DNA of 62,790 bases, counting the filler, from Sphacelaria rigidula (lineage: Eukaryota), in NCBI GenBank assembly GCA_964200075.2. It is 8 parts of 8 records of this genome, joined end to end, with 100 filler letters (N's around TTAATTAATTAA, not from the genome) between each part and the next. Parts side by side here need not be neighbours in the genome. Positions count along the whole stretch, not along the records: positions 7,863 to 15,624 come from CAXNAA020013536.1; positions 15,725 to 23,486 come from CAXNAA020013537.1; positions 23,587 to 31,347 come from CAXNAA020013538.1; 5 more parts are not named here. One strand, 5' to 3'. Position 1 is the first letter of the stretch. Every line of letters starts with the position of its first letter. This document shows, in pieces, positions 12,871-23,628 of the stretch. A program made the translations under genes and the position numbers. A model generated the notes under the pieces. That model ran no database searches. It saw nothing but the letters and a program-made list of their open reading frames with translations, and was not told where the DNA came from.

Positions 12871-13019
12871 TCACAGGCCAGCCGCCTTTCTGCAGCTGCA
12901 TCAGCTGGAACCCTCTCCACGCGTCCGTGGTTATTCAGGTTTTCCACCGCTGCTAAATTCCTCCGCCGAACTCCTTTCCAGCAGGTTTCTAGCACTAACA
13001 CTAGCACTAATATTGATAC

Positions 13020-13268
13020 TGTGACGCCATCCAGAAGAAGGACTGGTGGATCACTGCTGTTGAGAGACTCCTTCGTCTTACTGGCCTCAGTTTTAGTTGT
13101 CAGCCTTTACAATATCATCATTATCATGGAGTGCCCTCGTAGGCACAGCCTCCTAGACGCGACCGGGTATCAACCTAGTGTCCCCGGTCATTATCCAGAT
13201 CATCACTACCGACGGTCATTATCAAGATCATCACTGCCAACTCAACGTAACGGCGTGACTTCGTCACA
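13020..13268 (-). repeat. 5' LTR
   Basis: TGTGACGCCATCC...CTTCGTCACA, followed on the plus strand by the TSD GGTC. Confidence 0.93.
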
Positions 13269-14570
13269 GGTCGGACGCGGTTGGAAAATATTTCGTTCAG
13301 GTACGCTGAAGCTGGGAACGTCACGTTCTAGACACAGCCATGACTGACGACAAAGGAGAAAGACTTTATGGACGCACGTGGGCGATATATGATGTTGTGT
13401 CTGTTTGAAAACAGCACGATGCAAATGCAGCGTTGTTATCCACCTCCTACAACGTACACAAGCTATGCATCGTACACTTCGACAAAGTGTTTCTAATGGA
13501 TAAGGTGGGATGTATCGAAATGACGCTGCATGCGATGAAAACATCAGATACAATTAGTTACCATCACTGGATGGATAGAGGAACCCAAGCCCATCGTAGA
13601 GCACTGTACGAATGTACGTGTTCCGTGAAGCCTCAGTCACTTCTTGTGATTACCTCGAGTTAGGAGACTGCGTACTCCAGTGGCTGCCGATCAGACGCGG
13701 TTCGAGAAAATTTCATTCATGCCCGCCAAAGCCTGGAGCCTCGCGTCTACGCATAGCCATGACTGGCGAGAGAGGAGAAAAACGTGATCGATGCACGCGG
13801 GCGATGGACGGTGGACGATGATGTCTCAGCCTATTTGAAAACAACACGACGCCAAGCTGGTGCTACTACTTGTGCCACGCCACCTGTTTTGGTTCGAGAC
13901 CTCTTCGGGGAAACCTCCAGCGTTGAAGCGAAAAGGAGAAACGATGAACCTACGTCGTTTTTATCGATTCCGCGACCCCATGATTTTCCCCGATTTCCCT
14001 GCTACGCATCTCCAACAACGTACACAAACTAATCACCGTACATTTTGAGAGAGTACTCGTAGTGGGTAAAGTAGTGTGGTACCGAGAAATGACACAGTAT
14101 GCGACACGAGCAATAGTTGCAACCAGTTGCTATTCATTTATGAAGGAAACCGAGCCCGTAGTAAACAAAGAAGCCTCGTCTTCTTGTGACTGCCTCGATT
14201 TGGAAGACCTCGTAGTCCTGTGGCTGCGGATCGAACACGGTTCGAGAAGATTTCGTTTGGGTACTCCGAAGCTCGGAGCCCCACGTGAAACACACAGCCC
14301 TGACTGACGGGAATAGAGGGAGACGTGATCGATATACGTGAGCGATAGACGATGTTATCTCTGATCGAAAACAACGCGATGCAAATGTGGTGCTACTACT
14401 TGCGCCGCGTCACCTTTTCTGGGGACGTATTTTCAAAATCTCCGTTGGAGTGAGAGGGTGAAACGACAAGCCCTCATCGTTCGTGTGTCCTCCGCCCCCG
14501 TGACTTGTCTTCTGGGGTCGCTGCTACCCATCTCCTACAAAGTGCACAAAACTACGATCAACAATGTTTT
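13269..14570 (+). repeat. Degenerate tandem repeat (~430-530-bp units) hosting the LTR element; the first unit starts ~8150
   Basis: GAAAACA(A/G)C.CGA.GC...CTCC..CAACGTACACAA recurs at ~8157, 13408, 13837 and 14368. Confidence 0.7.
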
Positions 14571-15124
14571 CGTGGAATTGAGAAATGAAGATCCAATTGA
14601 GAGTGGCATTTGTTTTCGGCCGGCGTGACATTCACCTTCTAAATTGATACACGACACGTTGACTTTTAGCATAATAAGAGGCCCGTTGACCCTTAGAGCA
14701 GTAGATCTGAAATGTTCGTACACAGTGGTTGACAGGGATGACTACTCGAATTTAGAGTTGATAAAGTTCTAAAGAAAATGGTTTGGGGCAGGTGAGCGGT
14801 GAACCCAGCTCGTCCAGAACGTGTTATTGTCTAAATAGGATCCTGCCGCGACGATTCGAAGTCTGCCAACGCACACATTGCCTAGGGAAAACTATGCACC
14901 CTCCTTGCCCGACGGTCTCGTGCGCCTTGGGTCGGGGTAATGGTTAGGGTTAGGGTTAGGGCTAGTCTATAACATTCAATGATGTTCCCCATCAACCATT
15001 ATCTACGAACATTTATTCAGGTCTTTTTTCGATAGACCGCGAGGGTAGGTCACCTGCTGAATCGGCATCAAGTTTTACTTGAGAAAAGTATGCATGATCC
15101 AGGTGGACTACCCGCACCGCGGCG

Positions 15125-15200
15125 GTCGCCCCGGTAGCTCAGTTGGTAACCTCGGCATCTCCTGACGGTTTGGTCGTGGGTTCAAATCTCGCAGCGATCT
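15125..15200 (+). mobile_element. tRNA-derived SINE-like head (or tRNA pseudogene)
   Basis: Pol III A box TAGCTCAGTTGG (15135-15146) and B box GGTTCAAATC (15179-15188). There is no convincing anticodon arm. It truncates a short MITE copy. Confidence 0.6.
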
Positions 15201-16534
15201 GGGATTTTTTCTCACACCATGTCCAACAGTGGATAGCGACTAGGTCGTGGGTACACAGAATTCGACTTGATGGTCGACGAGGGAAAAAGACTGCTGGACT
15301 CCTCTCGCGATAAAAAAGGAAAGGCAAGCGCCGGAAAAGGAAGATGGAGTACCGAAACCAATGGGACGACAACACACCCCCGAATCACGGGCTAAGGGTC
15401 AACCCTTAGACCGCGAGGGTAGTCAATCTGAATCATGCATACCGTTTTCAAGTGAAGTTGGTGCCCATTCAACCGATGACCTACCCTCGTCGTCTATTGG
15501 TCAAGTTCCGGTTCGAAACTTCCCTTGGTGTGAGGTTCGAAAATATTACACGGTTAGGATAAATAATGATTCGTCAGGAAGTTACTTGGTTTTAGTATTA
15601 TGAGTTGACTCGTGATGAATGAATNNNNNNNNNNNNNNNNNNNNNNNNNNNNNNNNNNNNNNNNNNNNTTAATTAATTAANNNNNNNNNNNNNNNNNNNN
15701 NNNNNNNNNNNNNNNNNNNNNNNNCGTGATAAATCGGAGCTATAGCGCTTTTCCCGCCAGCGTCCCTTCGAAATTATATTCAAATGGATTGTAGCGTCTG
15801 AGCAAAGAATCCGGATTATGTTGGGAACATGAAACCCCTCTTGGCAATCATGAAGCGGTGCATCCTGAACTCTGATGTTACACACGCGTGTAGTACAGCC
15901 ACCCATGAACTTCCGAGACCCGCAGCGGGCGACGAGAAAAGTCGTAAACCGGGCGGTAGGTGTCGATCAGCTACTCGGTTAGGGCCGCCGTTGCCCCAAC
16001 ACCGCACGGATTCGCGTCAAACGAAGACCGGTGTGATGTATAGATGAGCAAGGGCTAGCACAGGAGCTAGTGTGCCTGTGGTACGGGGGCCCGTGCGTAT
16101 TTATTCGGGAATGTTTTGCGTTTTCGTCGAGTGTGTTGTCGTATCTGTGGGGATGTGTCGCCGACAACCAAAGCAAGAGATTGATAACCTGTGCAGATTT
16201 GTGCGAAACGCGTGTTGTCGATAAAAACACCGGTAATCATGTGCAAGTATCGTGTTTGGAAATGGTTTCTGAAGGTGAAGTGATGGCGTCCGTTTACTCC
16301 CGGCGCTCAGCCCTGACCGCATGATACCACATGAACAGGACATATGGCATGGGCCAGTCGACCAAATGCAGCTGTGGTGTATACAGGGCATGACTGTGGT
16401 GCATCTCTATGTCAGAGATAGGTACAGGTCTCCGCGGATGCTCATGATTGTATTGTGATGTGCACCCCGTGGTGGGCACGTTGTGTAGCGCTGTACAGTA
16501 TGGCTTGTCCACCCCTTTCGCATGTTACCGGCAG

Positions 16535-16606
16535 GCCCTATCCCTTCTCCGTTGGGGAAGCTGTCACAGCTGACGGACCTGAGCCTACGGAACAACTGGC
16601 TGCGCG
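16535..16606 (+). pseudogene. 72-bp LRR exon with mutated splice donor
   Basis: CAG acceptor, phase 1, reads (G)PIPSPLGKLSQLTDLSLRNNWLR(G), a 24-aa plant-specific-type LRR. It is followed by ATAAGT instead of GTAAGT. Confidence 0.75.
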
Positions 16607-18325
16607 ATAAGTGAACATTGTGTTCACCGGGATTTGTGAACATGTGCAATAGATGGGTTACTAGGCAGTTGTGTAGCTGCAAAGCACCGCACAAAGCGTC
16701 ACGAGGTCACGCTGATGGGACGTACGTGGGAATGGCAACGGTTGTGGGAGGTGCATCGTGTGTGTAGTATGGATACAAAGTAGGTCATAGGGGTGTGGAG
16801 GTTTGCATGACATTTCTGACACCCGCTTCATAGAAATTCGTGTTGCGTGTCCTGTACGGCTCCATATCACCAACCGTAACGTTGGTAAGTTTTGTATGGT
16901 CTGGATGAATACTTGAACCGGATATGACGGAGTAATCAGTGAGCGAGCGTTTGGGTAGGTTTGTGTATAAAGTCCGCGATTCTGTGATCAATTGCGAACA
17001 TACTTCCATGTCACGTGTTTCCAGCTTTGGCAGAGGTGCGTGGTGAAGAGAAACGACAGAGAAATGTACGATTTCCTTAACCGCGCCCGAGAGTACCCTG
17101 GTACAGAAAGACTCGCTTCGCACCCAGTGCTCTTCAGGCAATGCCGACGTTTTTTGTCGAGCAAGGAGTCCTGGAAACGCCTTCAGAGTATACGGCCCTG
17201 TCTCCTGGTACTATGGGAGCGCGGGCAGCCGGTGTCATTCTCTAGTAGTTTACATACGTTAGGTAGTTGATATCCGCGTATCACGTGAATTCCAAACATT
17301 TGTTTCTATAGCTACCACCAGCTGATGAAGACATCAAACCATATCTCGAACAGCTAGTGTGGACTCGAAGGTTTTACTATTCTGGGTTTTCATCCGTAAT
17401 GACAAGCTCCATCCTCAATTTCGATGACATCTGTTTTCTGTGAGTTCTGCGAGCCCCTCATACCGGTAAGCGACAGATCTGTGAGTTATGTTGGATCCTC
17501 TTACCCCTTCTTACAGCGTTGGTATTTTATGTAATCCTCCTATATCCTTACCCAGGATGCGGGTATACTTTTCAAGAAGTACCCGTGACGGGTACGAGCA
17601 AGGGTGTATACGCTAGGGGTATACTCGTATGGATGTAGGATCAGTTCCGATGCAATCCAACGTCATAGTGACACACATACCCCCATCTAGCATACCCACC
17701 TCGTCCACTCAAAACCAAATACTCTCTATAATATTATCGGACGTGAATGTGAATTATGAATCTAGCAGTTGTTCGCGCGGGTGGGTGGCCTTCGTCCATC
17801 GCTTTTTGAGTCCTGCACAACATGGTGTCGTTGGAACTCAACAAGATGTGGCATGCTTGGAGACGCACAACGAATACTTTTGATACTCACAAGGTAGTAA
17901 GTTGTCATTCGTGCGGTTTGCATGATGACTAGTTGATGAATCACTTTTTTTTCTGCCACGTTTATACTTGGCCGTGTCCATTTTCTCTCTTGGACGGGAG
18001 GTCAACAACCGTATTGCAACCGTGCTCATAAAGTAGCCCTACGTGATAACGTCAGCGTCGCGCGCCATCAGTATATTGTGTATCACTTGCGGTATACGGC
18101 ATGCATTCGCTTGCTTTTCGCCCCATCAAGCTGGAAACGTTTCGTGTATGCTCGGGGAGTTCCCCCTAGTATTTTTAGTACCCCATAGCTCTGCCGTATG
18201 ATCTCTGCACGAAGGTTGACCATCACCCGGGATGAGGGTATACGAGAGGTGTACGAGAAGAAATCCAGCACACATGTACCCTCACCCCATTGCTCCTCCC
18301 ACGGCGAACCGAAAACCCCCCCCGA

Positions 18326-18352
18326 TATATATATATATATATATATATATAT
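18326..18352. repeat. (AT)n microsatellite
   Basis: Direct reading of the tract. Confidence 0.9.
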
Positions 18353-18789
18353 TTCTATTTTGCACTTTCGTCCTTTTACCTTTCCTCCCTCAATTCTTGT
18401 GAACAATCAATGCACATCAAACCTGAAACACGTTCAAAATACCTACCTGTGGGAAAGACCTGCGTGTTGCTGTGGGTTGGCTTGGCTCTATTTGATGGTC
18501 GTGGTTGGAGACGATCACGAACCAAGACCATTCCCTGCGGCGGCAATCTTCGACAAACGTTACAGGGGCAAAGTTCGTGGTAAAATATGTCGAAAAACGC
18601 TCCGACATGGCTGTCGAAGGAGTCTTCTTCTCCGTTTTTTCGTGCGATGGCTTCAGCATGCGCCGTACAACTCAAGTTCACCCTCCCTCTCGCGTAGCTT
18701 CTCTATTTTTTCTCCCTCTTCACATGTATGTCTCTCCCATTCCCCCCCTCTTGTTGTTTCTCTGTGTTTCACATGAGGTAATTTCTTCT

Positions 18790-20168
18790 TTGCTTCCGTA
18801 CGGCTCATTAGTGAGAGACCTCATGCCCAAACAGTATGCTCCGATATAGCTGATCATCGCTTTGCTCCCACGACCTCTCTTGGTTTTTGTGTAAAGGTAG
18901 ACATGCTTTCTTCCCGCGGCCTTTTTTTTACTCTGAAGCCATGCAGCAGTTCGTGGATCTTCAATTTAGTTATTTTCCAGCTTTTTCCCGTCCTCTCTCT
19001 TTTATTTTTCTCGTTAGTTTGTCTTTTGGTTTTTCTTCACTTCACTCTGTCCGCTTGTTGTATCTTTTATTTTCCTTCACTTTCCGTTTTCTTCTGCACG
19101 TGATCGTCCCGCTGTGCTTACCTTAAGTACATATCATACGGTGACGACGGCTGGGTTCCTCGGGCATCAGTGACTGTAATCTGCGATAATCAAGCAATGT
19201 AATCCCCGGCGGTACCTCACAAGCCAGTACAATGGTGACTGATGGGCAGGACATTCTGCTTTTGTGACTATCAACATCTCTCACCTTTTTTTTGCAATTG
19301 CAGCGCATGTCAAAAATGCATCCGTTGCGTTTGGAGACACGCTGCGAAGTCGACACTCGGTTGATGAAAAGTAGACTGGTACCGTCGGAGAGCGCGAAAT
19401 TACAGTGCGTCGACGCTATTATAGGCGGTATGTGTTGGGTTGGTGAGAAAATTTCGCTATCGTGTCATGTTGCTTCCGTACGGCTCATTAGTGAGAGACC
19501 TCATGCCCAAAGAGTATGCTCCGATATAGCTGATCATCGCTTTGCTCCCACGACCTCTCTTGGTTTTCGTGTAAAGGTAGACATGCTTTTTTCACGCGGC
19601 CTTTTTTTACTCGGAAGCCATGCAGCAGGGGCCGACAATTCATTGTTTCAGTTTGTGAATTTTCTATTTAGTTATTTTCTAGTTTTTCCCCGTCCTTTCT
19701 CTTTTATTTTTCTCGTTACTTGTCCTTTGGTTTTTCTTCACTCCACTTTGTTCGCTTGTTGTATCTTTTATTTTCCTTCACTTTCCGTTTTCTTCTGCAC
19801 GTGTTCGTCCCGTTGTGCTTACCTTTGGTACATATCATATGGTAACGGCGGCTGGTTTCCTCGGGCATCAGTGACTGTAATCTGCGAAAATCAATCAATG
19901 TAATCCCCGGCGGTACCTCATGAGCCAGTACAATGGTAACTGATGGGCAGGACATCGTGCTTTTGTGACTATCAACATCAGTCATTCTTTTTTTGTAATT
20001 GCAGTGCATCTTGAAAGTGCATCCGCTGCGTGTGGAGACACGCTGCGGAGCCGACACTTGGTTGATGAAAAGCGTGACTGGTACCGTCGGAGAGCGCGAA
20101 ATTACAGTGCGTCGACGCTATTATACGCGGTATGTGTTGGGTTAGTGAGAAAATTTCGCTATCGTGTC
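18790..20168 (+). repeat. Tandem duplication, ~680-bp unit, 2 copies
   Basis: TTGCTTCCGTACGGCTCATTAGTGAGAGACCTCATGCCCAAA at ~18790 and ~19470, and both copies end in AAATTTCGCTATCGTGTCA. Confidence 0.9.
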
Positions 20169-22442
20169 AAATAAGTTGGTAGAAGACAAGACGTCGAACG
20201 GGCGTTTCATCCTGCAAATATTCGGAGCCAAATTTCATCAACAAGCGCGCAAGACCGAGTTTGTTGGACAAGCGTGAAGCTAGACGTGCGTATTGGTGAT
20301 GTCATACCATTATTCGTCGCCGTTGGCGTTGAAGCCGGTTCACGGGAATTTCCGTACATTTTCGAAGGCATGCTGGAGTCTTTTGGTTCATCAATTTGTA
20401 CGTCTAAACTCTAGTTCAGTGGTTATGCCTCAATTATGGCAATTACAAGGATATTTTTCATGTCGATTACGGGTTTGCCGGAACACCCATAACGCGACGT
20501 AGATGTATGCATCAACCAGCTGAAGCCATGAAGTATCATAGCGCAATATTTACACGAGTGGCTGTATGTTGAATGCGATCCGTCTGAGCAATCTATCGGT
20601 ATTCACCTTGCGTCATATTGTGCCCACGCTTGTTGACAGGCTACCAACGTTTACCGAGGTGTCGATAGGTCCTGCTTGCAGTATTGGCTATGAAATTCAG
20701 TCGCCAGTGCGCCACATTTGAATAGTATGGGCGATGCTGTTGATAGTGCGCCATAGGATACAGACGATGGTGATGGAACCATGACTGGAGACGTTGTTTA
20801 GTAGGGGGCTGCAGCTACCCATCGATGTATATTTTACGCTTCACGGCGCTGTGCTCGTGGCGAATAAATGAAAACAAGCAACCGATACACGTTGTACGCG
20901 TTCGTGGCTGTGTTCCAAGGTAGGTTTTTCAGACAAGCGCGCAGAATCAGCGCCATGTAAAGCCTGGAGCATGACGCAAAATTCTTGGACCTCGCTTGCA
21001 ACTTGTTAAAGCTTGAGTTTTTAAGATGGACAATGTATCGCTAGCAGCGGCATATTGCCTTTTACAAGTTGTGCTTTACCCTACGTTTGACTTCGTGGCG
21101 TGCACAACGCAACCCCAGCACCGGCATGCTGAAGTCGGAAATATATGTAACTGAGTCGATAGCGGGTGTTCGTTTCAAGTTATACTCAGCCCTCCCGCCG
21201 TTCTTCACTTCTATATGCGGTTCATGTGCGCTATCGGTTGCTAAAACAACCGTGAAACTCGTGAAGCTGTAGCATTCCTAGGACACCAAACATAATAGAT
21301 ATTATTCAGTAACTGCTTAACATCTCTTGTCCAGGAGTGAAAAGCCGAGGATGACATGCTTGACACAGAACTGCACGCAACTGCAATGTGAAGCCAGAAA
21401 ATCTAGAACGTGCGAACAAATGGTAAGGTCTCTCCGAAGAGAGTTTGGATAACATTTTGTTTCAACGTCAGCGTACTTTTCGTCAGCGCATATCTCACGA
21501 AGGTGACAGTTTTGAGAACTCTGCTCTTTTTTATCGCTCCCAACATGCAAAACACGTGATATAAGTTCGATTGATTACCGCACATTAACTGATCGCCGAC
21601 AGACCCAGCTGCGGTCATTAGCCACAAGATGGATGTGCCCGAGGTGAACTCAACCGAAACGCTTGCTGAGGGAAAAGGAAAACAAAGCTTGGAACAAAAA
21701 AGAAAATAAATGTAATACGCAGAGAAAGGAAACGCGAGGTGAGGTGAGGAGAGGAGAATAATTAGGAGGGGATTAAGAGACGGCCCAAATGAAGAACAAT
21801 GAAGAAACCAGAGCAAGAGGGGTACAGGGGGCGCATGGCCTACACTGATGAATTTGGCACCTATTTCGTCTCGACATACACTTCACTATTTTCCCACAAA
21901 GTGATTGGCACGAGCGAATAGGACGTAATGTTCGCTATCTGACAGCTGAGCGTGCAGAGCCACCGCCGAACGCTAGCGGCGCCTTGGAGAGTTTACTGCT
22001 ATACATGATTTCACAAGCTACACACTCAATACAATGCAATGACGATATGTCGAGATGGGGTTTGTGCACCCCGAATTGTGATGACACGAGGCACACGGTG
22101 CAAGCGTAGTCCGGCCGACCTGAGACTTCTCAGGCAAACGCACTCCAACCACGGCGTCGTCTCCGCTACCCCTTTTATGGTTGCCCCATCGTTATCCGAC
22201 AAACGATAGCATCCTGCAGGCACCAACTCCTCTCCTTTGCATGCCTATTCCAGGGCCTTCTATGTAATTTGACGTCAGCTCAATGTCCAGGGTTGGGGCG
22301 CTGGGGGTGGGTAGGTGAGAGCATACAACTTCGTTGGAGACTGAGTAAAGTAGGTGCTCGAGCGGAGTTGAGTAAAACGCAATATCATTTGTATCCTGAA
22401 CCCCACTTTCCTCATATTTGCACGATTTGTTTTGAGCCGTAG

Positions 22443-22514
22443 GTGTTATCCCGAAGGAGCTATTTTTCCTGGTGCGGCTGGATTGGTTGTCGCTAAGCGG
22501 GAACGACTTCGACG
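22443..22514 (+). CDS. 72-bp LRR exon with intact splice sites, from an LRR-array gene
   Basis: TAG acceptor and GTGAGT donor, phase 1-1, reads (G)VIPKELFFLVRLDWLSLSGNDFD(G). Confidence 0.8.
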
Positions 22515-23586
22515 GTGAGTGAGTCTGTCTGAACAAGTTCGACCCTAGCCACATACATGGTTCTCCTCCACATGGATTTCAGTGGACTACAGCCTGGTCC
22601 ATCGTCCACGCTCGGTTCATCTGTACCACGATACTTATGACGAGTCCAACGGCTGCTCGGTAAAGAGATGCAACCCGAACGTGTCAATACATGTAGGAAG
22701 GCGTTGATGTTAGTGGTATCCTTAGTAGGAGTTCCTTGGTGTTATCTTCGCTGGATTTGTGCGCCACGCACCGGAACCTACGTTGAACAGAGAGCTTATG
22801 TCATGGGCTTTGTAGGAGGAAGGATTTCGCTGTTGTCTTGTTACCAATGGCCTAAGTGGCAGATAAATGGCGTCGGCGAGACGTGTGCGAGTGGAACTTT
22901 TGTTCGAGACTCCGCCCGATCTATAGAACCCAAGACAATGAGTGCCGGTTCTCTATCCCTGAATTTCAAAACGATCATCTGAGAAGATATCTGCGCATGT
23001 TCTACTGAACAACACACACATGGGTAAAAAAGTGACTCGTACAGCCATTTGGGTTGCCATCAGGATACGTACGTTGTTTGTGAAAGCAAATTGCTGGGCT
23101 TTGTTCAAAGATCACGTCCCCACCACATTCAAGACCAGGGTCTAGGGGTAAGCGTGTAGCGGAAAAATTACACTGGAGCATATCTTTCCCGCGATCGATC
23201 ACTTGGTTTTTCGATGTTGAAGGAGATGAATGCTACGGTAGGGATGCATACATATTAGTTTGGTAGCCCTTTGACTCATCAACAACACGACTTCTGAAAT
23301 ATTAGGTAAGAGGAAGCCAGGATTACTGATTCACTGTGCTGGAGATATCCCGAATGAGTTTGCACACGGGGATGCCCCGACTCATATTCTTGTGCATCTA
23401 GAACCGTCAGGGGCCCCTGAACCAGACAAGATTTTGCGCAAAAAGTGCACCCCTACCGTAGCATCGCTCAAGAGTGAGTACAGGTCNNNNNNNNNNNNNN
23501 NNNNNNNNNNNNNNNNNNNNNNNNNNNNNNTTAATTAATTAANNNNNNNNNNNNNNNNNNNNNNNNNNNNNNNNNNNNNNNNNNNN

Positions 23587-23628
23587 CTAGACTACTGACT
23601 AGTCAGCGCTGACTGGTCAGTAGTCTAG
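23587..23628. repeat. 42-bp nested palindrome at contig start
   Basis: CTAGACTACTGACTAGTCAGCGCTGACTGGTCAGTAGTCTAG has one mismatch and shares the core GTCAGCGCTGAC with the 30259 and 31121 palindromes. Confidence 0.85.

Larger units (their letters stand above)
8866..13268 (-). mobile_element. Ty3/Gypsy chromodomain-bearing LTR retrotransposon, internally deleted and degenerate
   Basis: Two TG...CA LTRs (8866-9113 and 13020-13268, roughly 90% identical by eye) and a 4-bp TSD GGTC. Minus-strand remnants occur in Gypsy order: gag CCHC knuckle, protease-like region, RT N-terminus, RNase H linker, integrase, chromodomain. Confidence 0.93.

Noticed and set aside
15125-15200. Functional tRNA gene
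   Set aside because: A and B boxes are present, but the anticodon and acceptor arms do not form a proper cloverleaf, so it was treated as SINE-like.
23342-23415. Possible third LRR exon (GDIPNEF...)
   Set aside because: Only the first half fits the LRR consensus, the conserved Asn is out of frame, and there are no clear splice sites.
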